64,000 nt of DNA, taken from the NCBI GenBank assembly GCA_964455375.1, contig CAYVXE010000002.1, positions 7,753 to 71,752 of the forward strand. The letters are read 5' to 3'. The notes below the pieces were generated by a model that made no database searches, was not told the origin of the DNA, and saw nothing but the letters and a program-made list of their open reading frames with translations. A program made the position numbers and the translations under genes. Each line of letters begins with the position of its first letter. Position 1 is the stretch's first letter. Source of the stretch: an uncultured Calditrichaceae bacterium. Lineage in GTDB: Bacteria; Zhuqueibacterota; Zhuqueibacteria; Oceanimicrobiales; Oceanimicrobiaceae. Shown piece by piece: positions 29,833-37,960 of the stretch.

Positions 29833-31137
29833 ATGAAAAAAAATATTGTACTGTTTTCAATTTTGGGAATATTGCTGAGCATGCAAAAAGTTCCTCTGCT
29901 GGCTGCGGAGAAAAGCGCGGTTTTATGGTGTGATCCGTTATTGAATGTGCGCACGATCACGAGCCGCAACGGGATTATTTCTATGGTGAACAAGGCGAGG
30001 AATGCGGGTTTTGAAGCGATTGCAATTGAAGTGAAAACATCCACAGGAGAAGTCATTTATGAAAGCAAAATAGCGCCCCGTTTGGCAGAGTGGAAAAATT
30101 TTCGTGTGCCGCTGGCGTTCGATGCCATGAAAACGCTGCTGGCTGAGGCCCGCAGACAGAACTTGCAAGTTTATGCTGTGTTTTCAATATTTGCAGAAGG
30201 TAATATCGAGGAACGACAGGGTCCCATTTATCAAAATCATCCGCAGTGGAGTTCCAAAGTCTATGTGATAGAACAAGACGAACCGAAAATTGAATCATTT
30301 CCGGAATGGGGGTACGGTACAATTGCTTACGCCAACCCTTTTTTAGATAATGTCCAGAATTATGAAATTTCCGTTGTAAAGGAATTCTTGAGTAAATACA
30401 GTGTGGATGGAATTATTTTTGATAAAGCCCGTTTTTATGGTATTGAAGCGGATTTTTCAGAATCGGCAAAATCAAAATTCGAAGCTTATCTCGGTAATCA
30501 AACCATTAATTGGTGGCCTGCGGATGTGTATGAATTGAAGTATTTGGAAGAACAATGGCAAATTGTGCCTGGGGAGTACTTTCAGGATTGGATTGCTTTC
30601 CGGTCTCAGGTGATGCATGATTTTTTGGATAAATTAACCAAGGCTGTGAAAAGTGTTGACCAGTCATTACCAGTTGGAAATTTCGTTGGCGGCTGGTACC
30701 CAACGTACTATGAATACGGCGTGAATTGGGCCAGTAAAAACAATTACCCTGATTATAATTGGGCAACAGATAACTATAACGAAACCGCCATTGCTGAGCT
30801 GTTTGATTTTTTGGTGCCGCGCTGCTTCTTCCCAAGAATTACCATGGATGAAGCGGAAAAAGCCGGTGCGGAATGGTGGATGAGTGTCGAAGGAAGCGCA
30901 ACGAATGCGAAGGAAGTGGTTGACCGGGTGTGCCCGATTTATGGTGCCATTTTGGTGGAGCAGTTTAAAGACGATGCCGGCAAATTTAAATCAGCTTTCA
31001 AAATGGCCCTTAATCAAACGGGCGGTTTATATGTGACAGATTACAGTTATGTCGACAAATATAAATATTGGGACGAATTGCGTGAGGTGTTACTGGGACA
31101 AACAAATCCTCTATTAAATCGTAACCGACGGCAATAA
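29833..31137 (+). CDS. Glycoside-hydrolase-like family 10 (GHL10/DUF187, YngK-like) secreted protein
   Basis: Signal-like N-terminus MKKNIVLFSILGILLSMQKVPLLAA. TIM-barrel-like pattern (FEAIAIEVK..., VDGIIFDKARF). The family call is from resemblance only. The internal ATG at 29833 is preferred to 29815. Confidence 0.6.
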   Translation: MKKNIVLFSILGILLSMQKVPLLAAEKSAVLWCDPLLNVRTITSRNGIISMVNKARNAGFEAIAIEVKTSTGEVIYESKIAPRLAEWKNFRVPLAFDAMKTLLAEARRQNLQVYAVFSIFAEGNIEERQGPIYQNHPQWSSKVYVIEQDEPKIESFPEWGYGTIAYANPFLDNVQNYEISVVKEFLSKYSVDGIIFDKARFYGIEADFSESAKSKFEAYLGNQTINWWPADVYELKYLEEQWQIVPGEYFQDWIAFRSQVMHDFLDKLTKAVKSVDQSLPVGNFVGGWYPTYYEYGVNWASKNNYPDYNWATDNYNETAIAELFDFLVPRCFFPRITMDEAEKAGAEWWMSVEGSATNAKEVVDRVCPIYGAILVEQFKDDAGKFKSAFKMALNQTGGLYVTDYSYVDKYKYWDELREVLLGQTNPLLNRNRRQ

Positions 31138-31198
31138 CCTGAATAATCGTTCGTTGCCACAGTATTATTTCTTGTTCCAAAATTTTTATTTTGGAATC

Positions 31199-31256
31199 TG
31201 TAGCACGACATTCATGTCGTGTAGCTCGATTTTTCAACATAATGTTGAGCTACATA
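31199..31256. repeat. Small palindromic repeat element, copy A
   Basis: Hairpin cacgacat/atgtcgtg (31204-31211/31214-31221), followed by tcaacat-a-atgttga (31234-31248) flanked by gtagct/agctac. The core ATGTCGTG.AGC...TCAACATAA(A)TGTTGAGCTACA recurs at 45038-45085. Confidence 0.55.
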
Positions 31257-31464
31257 TCTCCGTGCTCACTTTTTAGAGAGAGTCCATGCATGCCTGATAG
31301 ATGGAAATTCCAATGTCCAAATAACCAAGAGGAGGCGAATGGCGACTTTTCGGTGTTCTTCGGTGTTTCGTGAAATGTTCACGCAGGTAAGGGTGATGAT
31401 GCACTGCACTTCAGCAAAGCAGCGTTTCCCAGGGTTGCCCGGGGAGTGCACTTTTGTGCCAGGT

Positions 31465-32796
31465 CTATTGCTGCTTTGATTTTATAGCATGTTGAATAAA
31501 GCGTAAATACTGTTGCGAATCTGATGGTTTACCGCCTTCGACAATAAAAACATCTTTGTTGGTTTTTTTCACGATACTGGTTTCGTCGTGCTCGGGATAT
31601 TTCAGCTTAAGCAGTTGTTTGTACGCTTGTGTAAATTCCTGTGCATCTTTTTCGCTATCCCAGGTGGTGTAAAGTAGCAAAAGTAAATCTTCAGGATTAT
31701 GTTTATTCTGTAAAACTGCAAAGCGGTCACCATTCCAACCGGCTGCTGCATGCAAACCATCGTCCTGCATTTTAAATTCTGAAAAAATGATTCGCCACTG
31801 AAATTCTCCCACAGTATTTTTTTCCAGTAATGTCCAGCCCGCAAATAATTTATTTTTTCTGAAATTCTGCCAATGAATCCGGGCGGGATTTTCATGCTGT
31901 AGCCATTTCGACGGATGCAGAATTTGTTCACTGGAAGCCGGGGGAATTCGATACAATTCGGCCACTTTTGCCCAACCATTTTTATGAATGTCGTTGATAA
32001 AATTCAGTCCTTTCAAATATGCTCCCACCATTGTTTCCAGAATAAATGGTGGAATATTATCCATAGCCTTTACTGCGTTTTCCATATCGCCTTTTTGTAG
32101 TTGTGGAACAGCACCGCTTTTTACCATGTTTAAGAGTTGCTTTACGTCTAAGTTTGCCTGCATTTTAATTGACATATCTAAAAAAGATGCATCCGGAATC
32201 TGCCCCATCATGTGCTTTAATGACCAGAGAGTCATGATGTAGGTTGCTTCACCTTCTACGACGGCTTGACGGGCCAGCAATTCATCGTCATTTAATTTTC
32301 CCTTGGTTTGTGAAAGATAGTACTGTTTGAGATCGAAATACTGATCCTGAAATCCGTGGTAGAGCTCATGCGCATAAACGGTTTTTTGCATTATATCCGG
32401 AAGATTTTGCATGACCACATAAAAAGTTTTGGTCGCCGGGTCGTAATATGCCGCGGCCTGACTCTGAACGACCATTTTGGCTAATTCTTTGTAATTCGTA
32501 ATTTCCGGACCGGTGTACAAACCGAGTTTTTTGACGATCCTGCCATAGTTCTTTAAATAAATTTCCGGATATTGTTCAGACATCTGTTTGTCAATGTACT
32601 TACCAAAATCAGCCAGAGATTGTTTTTTGACCATGATCGGATGCTTAAATTTTTCTCCGCGAATATTTTCCAGTTCTTTCTGGATTTCCTGAACCTCCTG
32701 TTGCAAATCCTGAGCGATAGAAGTCTTTATCAGAGTGAAATGAAACAGGAAAAAACAAGCGCTAAAAATGAGTAGATTTTTTTTAAAAAACGTCAT
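31465..32796 (-). CDS. Secreted hypothetical protein with HExxH motif (putative zinc metallopeptidase)
   Basis: Signal peptide present. AHELYHGFQDQ is followed about 35 aa later by VVEGEATY, a possible third zinc ligand region. I do not recognise a named family. Confidence 0.45.
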   Translation of the reverse strand: MTFFKKNLLIFSACFFLFHFTLIKTSIAQDLQQEVQEIQKELENIRGEKFKHPIMVKKQSLADFGKYIDKQMSEQYPEIYLKNYGRIVKKLGLYTGPEITNYKELAKMVVQSQAAAYYDPATKTFYVVMQNLPDIMQKTVYAHELYHGFQDQYFDLKQYYLSQTKGKLNDDELLARQAVVEGEATYIMTLWSLKHMMGQIPDASFLDMSIKMQANLDVKQLLNMVKSGAVPQLQKGDMENAVKAMDNIPPFILETMVGAYLKGLNFINDIHKNGWAKVAELYRIPPASSEQILHPSKWLQHENPARIHWQNFRKNKLFAGWTLLEKNTVGEFQWRIIFSEFKMQDDGLHAAAGWNGDRFAVLQNKHNPEDLLLLLYTTWDSEKDAQEFTQAYKQLLKLKYPEHDETSIVKKTNKDVFIVEGGKPSDSQQYLRFIQHAIKSKQQ

Positions 32797-32902
32797 GGTA
32801 ACTCCTTGTTGTTGTAATTCGGGAAAAAATGTCCAGCAAATTTATCCGGTAACTGTGGAAATTTAATATAAATCTCTTTGGAAGCAACAAATAACGCCGT
32901 CA

Positions 32903-33328
32903 TTATGTTAAAAATTTGTCTTGAAAATCAACTTCCGGAAGGATACATGAGTCGTATTTTCCGAACCATGAATAACGCCGCATGGCGATGAAATGGTACA
33001 TAAAATCACGCAAGCATCTTGGCACTATTTTGAAAATTACCACAGATTTCCATAATCCGCCAAGGTCAAAGAGACAATTCAGGACTGCATCTGAGCAGAC
33101 ATAGATCCGTTCCTTCTCCGTTTTATGACGGGACAGGTAGACCACGGTTTGCAGCATCTCCGGATTGTCCACCGATGGCAAGTCTACCGTTTTAGCGAAG
33201 TCTCCTTGCAAGGGTGCAAACTGCAGAATGTCTTTTTTGTCTGCTTTGATCAGGAATTGTACGGCACGATTGCATAAAACACAGATACCGTCATACAAAA
33301 GGATGTTTTGTGGCTGCAATGATTTCAT
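32903..33328 (-). CDS. DCC-family thiol-disulfide oxidoreductase (DUF393)
   Basis: 141 aa with an N-terminal YDGICVLCN motif characteristic of the DCC family. Confidence 0.8.
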   Translation of the reverse strand: MKSLQPQNILLYDGICVLCNRAVQFLIKADKKDILQFAPLQGDFAKTVDLPSVDNPEMLQTVVYLSRHKTEKERIYVCSDAVLNCLFDLGGLWKSVVIFKIVPRCLRDFMYHFIAMRRYSWFGKYDSCILPEVDFQDKFLT

Positions 33329-33454
33329 CGCTTCGTTTCATAATTATGAGTGAAGATAAGAATAAATGTTCAATTTTCAAAATGTAACGAATATTTTCGC
33401 TTGTACGAAAATTTAATAATTTCTACTTTACCGTGTCTTGAAATATGGGAAAAC

Positions 33455-35590
33455 ATGGAAAACAAAGGTAAGGCAGATATGAAACATTCATTAGATGCAA
33501 TTTTCAGACCGAAGTCTGTTGCGGTCATCGGCGCCTCCACCCAAAAAGGCAGCCTTGGCCGGGAAATCTTTGATAAGCTTTTGAATTTTGATTTTAACGG
33601 ACCGGTGTTTCCGGTTAATCCAAAAGCCAGTTACATTCATTCGGTGAAAGCATATCCATCGATTTCTGCAATTCCCGAAAGGGTTGATTTAGCTGTGGTG
33701 GTCGTACGAAAAGAGTTTGTTCCGGCCGTGGTTCAGGAATGCGCAGATGCGCACGTGAAGGGTATGGTGGTGATTACTGCCGGGTTTAAAGAGACCGGTG
33801 CAAAAGGCAAAGCGGTGGAAGAAAAAATAAAACAGATTGCCGTTGACAATAACATGCGTCTGGTGGGGCCCAATTGCATGGGCGTAATCAACACGGAAAA
33901 ATTGGTGCGGTTGGACGCCACCTTTGCGGAAACCATCTCAAAACGCGGACGCATTGCCATGGCATCACAAAGCGGCGCTTTGGGACAGACCATCCTGGAA
34001 CATGCACATGAACTAAATCTGGGTATTTCCATGTTTATCTCTTTGGGAAATAAAGTCGATATTTCCGGGAATGATCTCCTCGAATACTGGCAGGATGATG
34101 AAAACATCGGCGTTATTTTGATGTACCTGGAAAGTTTCATCGATCCGGAGCGGTTTTACGAACTTGCCAGAAAAGTGAGCCGGAAAAAACCGATCATTGT
34201 TGTGAAGTCGGGCAGAACCACGTCAGGGGCACGGGCTGCAACCTCGCATACCGGCGCCATGGCCGGGCAGGATTTGGTGTTCAACACATTGTTCAGGCAA
34301 TGCGGAATCATCCGGGCGAACACCATAAATGAGATGTTCGATTTTGCCATGGCTTTCGCCAATGTCCCGTTGCCAAAAGGAAATCGAGTGGCAATTATTA
34401 CAAATGCCGGCGGTCCCGGAATTATGGCGGCGGATGCGTGTGAAAACCACGGACTTGAAGTTGCGCCATTGACGGATGAAACCAAATCGCAATTAAAATC
34501 CGGTCTGGTAGCCGATGCCAGCGTAGAAAATCCGGTGGATTTGCTCGCCGGTGCGCAGCCGGATGAATTCAAATTTGCGTTGCAGCATGTGCTGAATGAT
34601 GCCAATATTGACGCTGTGATCGTTATATTCGTCGCTCCTATCATCACCGACCCCATGCAGGTGGCAAAGAGTATTTCGGAAATAATCCAGGATTACGACA
34701 AACCCGTGCTCGGCTGTTTTATGGGCGTCAAAGGGGTGGCGACCGGTGTGGAAGAGTTGCATCGACAACGAATTCCCGCTTACGCATTTCCGGAGTCGGC
34801 GGCGCGTGCCCTGGGAGTCATGACGGATTACAGCAACTGGTTGCATAAAGATTCGGGGAAAATTTCACAAAAAGATTTTCCGAAAGAACGGATTGCGGAA
34901 ATCATTCGAAATGCTGTGTCTGAAAACCGGCAGAATCTGACTGAAATTGAAATCGCTGAAATTCTGAAAATTTATGAAATTCCTTTTGTACAATCAAAAA
35001 AGTGTCGGGACTGGGATGAAATCCAACAGGCAGCACAAACGATGCGGTTTCCCCTGGTGTTAAAAATATCCTCCGACGTCTCTTTACATAAATCTGAACT
35101 GGGTGGTGTAAAACTAAATTTGCAGTCTGCCCATGAATTGAAAAATGCCTACGCTGAGATTCTCGATTCGATACAAAAATTTGGGAGCGGAAAAAGGGCA
35201 CTTTCTTTTGTTCTTCAGGAAATGGTGCTTGGCGGCAAAGAAATCATTATGGGCATTAACCGCATTCCCGGGTTCGGCTCTTTGCTGATGTTCGGAATGG
35301 GTGGTATTTATGTGGAAGTGTTGCAAGATGTTGCATTTCGCATTGCTCCCATCACCAAAACCGATGCAGAGGAGATGATAAGTGAGATTAAGGGATACTC
35401 GATTTTATCGGGAATTCGGGGTGAAAAGCCGGTGGCAACGGATTTTTTGAAAACAATTTTGTTAAACCTTTCAAAGTTGGCTCAGGATTTCCCGCAGATT
35501 TCTGAAATGGATATGAACCCATTCATGGCTTTTCCGGAACAAAGTGAATGCAAGGCCGTCGATGTCCGAATTAAAGTCAGTGCAGTGTAA
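33455..35590 (+). CDS. ADP-forming acetyl/acyl-CoA synthetase family protein (fused CoA-binding, CoA-ligase and ATP-grasp domains)
   Basis: PKSVAVIGAS CoA-binding Rossmann start, a succinyl-CoA-synthetase-like region (GPNCMG, SQSGALG), and a C-terminal ATP-grasp domain. The ATG at 33455 is preferred to the GTG at 33350 of the ORF track. Confidence 0.85.
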   Translation: MENKGKADMKHSLDAIFRPKSVAVIGASTQKGSLGREIFDKLLNFDFNGPVFPVNPKASYIHSVKAYPSISAIPERVDLAVVVVRKEFVPAVVQECADAHVKGMVVITAGFKETGAKGKAVEEKIKQIAVDNNMRLVGPNCMGVINTEKLVRLDATFAETISKRGRIAMASQSGALGQTILEHAHELNLGISMFISLGNKVDISGNDLLEYWQDDENIGVILMYLESFIDPERFYELARKVSRKKPIIVVKSGRTTSGARAATSHTGAMAGQDLVFNTLFRQCGIIRANTINEMFDFAMAFANVPLPKGNRVAIITNAGGPGIMAADACENHGLEVAPLTDETKSQLKSGLVADASVENPVDLLAGAQPDEFKFALQHVLNDANIDAVIVIFVAPIITDPMQVAKSISEIIQDYDKPVLGCFMGVKGVATGVEELHRQRIPAYAFPESAARALGVMTDYSNWLHKDSGKISQKDFPKERIAEIIRNAVSENRQNLTEIEIAEILKIYEIPFVQSKKCRDWDEIQQAAQTMRFPLVLKISSDVSLHKSELGGVKLNLQSAHELKNAYAEILDSIQKFGSGKRALSFVLQEMVLGGKEIIMGINRIPGFGSLLMFGMGGIYVEVLQDVAFRIAPITKTDAEEMISEIKGYSILSGIRGEKPVATDFLKTILLNLSKLAQDFPQISEMDMNPFMAFPEQSECKAVDVRIKVSAV

Positions 35591-35601
35591 AAAAAGAGGA
35601 A

Positions 35602-35630
35602 GCCGTCAGGCACCCACGAAGCCTGACGGC
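35602..35630 (+). terminator. GC-rich hairpin after the acyl-CoA synthetase gene
   Basis: Perfect 10-bp stem gccgtcaggc/gcctgacggc with a 9-nt loop. No U-tract follows, so terminator function is uncertain. Confidence 0.45.
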
Positions 35631-35744
35631 CATAGGAGGAAAAGGGGTTCTATTTAAGTAACGATATTATTTTAATTTAAGGAGTTTTGAAGGCGCCTTA
35701 TTTTCTTCATCGGCATGTAAAAAAAAATATTAACCAAAAAAAGA

Positions 35745-35773
35745 TTGACAAGCTTTTTAAAATATGTTACATT
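35745..35773 (+). promoter_or_regulatory. Near-consensus promoter upstream of the STAS gene
   Basis: TTGACA (35745-35750), 17-nt spacer ending in TGT, TACATT (35768-35773). Confidence 0.5.
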
Positions 35774-35811
35774 TGTTTTAAAATTGACTAATCGGTAAGA
35801 TAGGAGGCAAA

Positions 35812-36147
35812 ATGCAAATTAGTGAAAAGCGACAAGGTGACATCTCAGTATTAACGTTAAAAGGAAAGTTAATGGGCGGTCCTGAAACCCAGGCTGTTCA
35901 TGAGAGAATAAAAGAACTTGTTGAAGATAAAATCAATAAAGTTGTCATAGATTTAGGGAAAGTTAAATGGATGAATAGTTCCGGCCTGGGAATGATGATG
36001 GGGGCCTTGACAACCTTAAAAAATGCCAATGGTGAGTTGAAACTGGCTAACGTAACGGATAAAGTGCAGAGCCTGTTTATGATTACAAAACTCATCACGA
36101 TTTTTCAAACGTATGAATCCGTTGATGAAGCAATCGGCAGCTTCTAA
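35812..36147 (+). CDS. STAS-domain anti-sigma-factor antagonist (SpoIIAA/RsbV-like)
   Basis: 111 aa. MNSSGLGMMMG matches the phosphorylatable-serine DSSGLG-type motif. SD AGGAGG lies upstream. Confidence 0.85.
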   Translation: MQISEKRQGDISVLTLKGKLMGGPETQAVHERIKELVEDKINKVVIDLGKVKWMNSSGLGMMMGALTTLKNANGELKLANVTDKVQSLFMITKLITIFQTYESVDEAIGSF

Positions 36148-36225
36148 TCGGTTCGTTTAATTTATACCTATCCTCTTAATTTTATAAATAGATATCGACA
36201 ATAAATGTCGTTGGGGAGAGTTGTT

Positions 36226-37854
36226 ATGGTTACCCGCAAATGGATTGCTATTTTCATTTTTACCGGTCTCATAAGTTTGTTGTTTACGCTGGAAAACGGA
36301 ATTTCTCAGGTCAACACCTTAAACCGGGACTATGATCCGGTGGTGGTTTCCGGCATGTTTCCGGATCTGACCGGCGCTCCTATGGACGAACTTTTCGTTT
36401 TTCGCTACAATAAAATGGCTTCATCCTGGGAGATGATCCCGTTCCAGATCGATGAAAAAGATACATCAGGCAGCTATTTTACCGCAGACCAGGAACAGGG
36501 CCTCGACGCGAATGATGAGATTTCATTCATGGCCAGAGATGCCGGTGACCGTGCCGACTCAACCTGGATTGACGATGTTACTTCCCAGAATTTCAGCAGG
36601 TACGAAATTACCGTTCGCGATACGTCAAATGGCGAAACGACCGGCTGGGTTTATCTTTACCGGTCTAACACCCTCACGCTGGAAAATCAAACGGATTATG
36701 TGGATTATGTTGCCGGCCCGCCGGGAAATGCCCCCGCAGATACCGTAAAAGGTCGAACTTACACCTTAGGCAACAGTGCCAATGGGCTACCTAATTTTAT
36801 GGCCATTCCGCAGACCGCCGGCGGCAACGGGCAGGATATTCTGGACAAGCAATCCATTGAAATTGTTGCAATTGCGGTTATTGCATTTACGTTGAATGAA
36901 ACAGATAATCTATTCACGGATAGCCTGGTGGTGAAAAATGGCAACATAAGGGTGATACGGGAGTTACTCGTTGATATTACCGTCCCCCTGTTTGGTACCG
37001 TTTTTAATGATTTACCCATACCGGTGTTTTATTACGGCTTTTCTTATACGATTTCCGGAACATTTGATATTCCACAAACCGGACTTCCTGTGACAATCCC
37101 CCGGATACAACAAAGCTACAATCTGAATGCCAATGCGGTGGGGATGAAATTCTTCAGCAATCGGAATGCAGATGTTGATGTCGACGGTGTCCCGGATACG
37201 GTTGATGAAAGCATCGTACCTTTCCCGCAGGAAACCACCTGGACCATGTTTACCGGGCCCCAAGGTTCTTTTGTGAATTTGTTCAAGGTTCCGGCAATCG
37301 GGGAAACCCGGAATCTTTTTTATGAAGATGATGCCGGAAATGGTTCTTACGGAAATGCAGGTTTTGTTATCCGAAGTAATTCGCACATTTTTGGTCCGGC
37401 ACCGCTTGGGCTTACTGGCATTTTCCCGTCTTCGGTGGCAGCCGGTGAGGAAGCTGCTTTAGGAAATCAACTTTCCATGCCGCTGGATACGCAATCCGAA
37501 AGTCAGGAGTTTGGCGCGGTCACCTCCGTAGTGGCGCGGTCAGGTGGTGAGGTGCCGGAAACATTTACCCTTGCTCAGAATTTTCCGAATCCGTTTAATC
37601 CGTCAACGCTCATTCAGTATACGATTCCGGCGAATTTTAGCAGTGTGTCAAAACAACGCACAACCGTGACTATTTTTAATTTACTTGGAGAGAAAATCGT
37701 TACACTCGTGGACAAAGCACAGACACCGGGCAGCTACACGGTAACTTGGGATGGTAAGGATCGTTCCGGGCACAGAGTTTCTTCCGGTATTTATGTGTAC
37801 AGGCTGCAAGCCGGCCCGTTCTCCACGTCGAAGAGAATGGTTTTTGTCAAATAG
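36226..37854 (+). CDS. Secreted protein of unknown function with T9SS C-terminal sorting domain (paralog 1)
   Basis: Signal or TM N-terminus. The N-terminal module is shared with the next gene (IPFQIDEKD..., NDEISFMARDAGD, RYEITV, GWVYLYRS). C-terminal FPNPFNPST...GIYVYRL. The ATG at 36226 follows SD GGGGAGAG. Confidence 0.7.
   Translation: MVTRKWIAIFIFTGLISLLFTLENGISQVNTLNRDYDPVVVSGMFPDLTGAPMDELFVFRYNKMASSWEMIPFQIDEKDTSGSYFTADQEQGLDANDEISFMARDAGDRADSTWIDDVTSQNFSRYEITVRDTSNGETTGWVYLYRSNTLTLENQTDYVDYVAGPPGNAPADTVKGRTYTLGNSANGLPNFMAIPQTAGGNGQDILDKQSIEIVAIAVIAFTLNETDNLFTDSLVVKNGNIRVIRELLVDITVPLFGTVFNDLPIPVFYYGFSYTISGTFDIPQTGLPVTIPRIQQSYNLNANAVGMKFFSNRNADVDVDGVPDTVDESIVPFPQETTWTMFTGPQGSFVNLFKVPAIGETRNLFYEDDAGNGSYGNAGFVIRSNSHIFGPAPLGLTGIFPSSVAAGEEAALGNQLSMPLDTQSESQEFGAVTSVVARSGGEVPETFTLAQNFPNPFNPSTLIQYTIPANFSSVSKQRTTVTIFNLLGEKIVTLVDKAQTPGSYTVTWDGKDRSGHRVSSGIYVYRLQAGPFSTSKRMVFVK
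37553..37854 (+). repeat. About 300-bp near-identical direct repeat, copy 1 (3' end of paralog 1)
   Basis: It aligns base for base with 39588-39889. 37576-37745 is identical to 39611-39780 (170 bp). Roughly 15 mismatches overall, concentrated at the ends. Confidence 0.9.
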
Positions 37855-37960
37855 GAAGCCAAGAGGCGATTTTTCGTGGGCTGCCTCTCATTTCATTTTT
37901 CAGGATGTTGACTTCCATTACCGGGATGACTTGTCAATGATAAAAAAGAGGAGTGAGGCC

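Noticed and set aside
31191-31451. Two 60-61 aa ORFs (31191-31373 plus strand, 31266-31451 minus strand) in the gap after the GHL10-like gene.
   Set aside because: They overlap each other and the palindromic repeat element, have no SD or recognisable motif, and sit at the minimum ORF length. I treat them as non-coding.
33350-33454. GTG-initiated 35-aa extension of the acyl-CoA synthetase ORF.
   Set aside because: The extension is AT-rich and non-conserved-looking (MKIRINVQFSKCNEYF...). It runs through the divergent promoter region shared with the DCC gene. The conserved domain begins after the ATG at 33455 or 33479.
37751-37960. N-terminal extension of the second T9SS paralog, overlapping the first gene by about 100 nt in the ORF track.
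   Set aside because: The extension has no signal peptide and overlaps the conserved C-terminal domain of the upstream gene. The ATG at 37961 is preceded by AAGAGGAG and gives a proper hydrophobic signal sequence.
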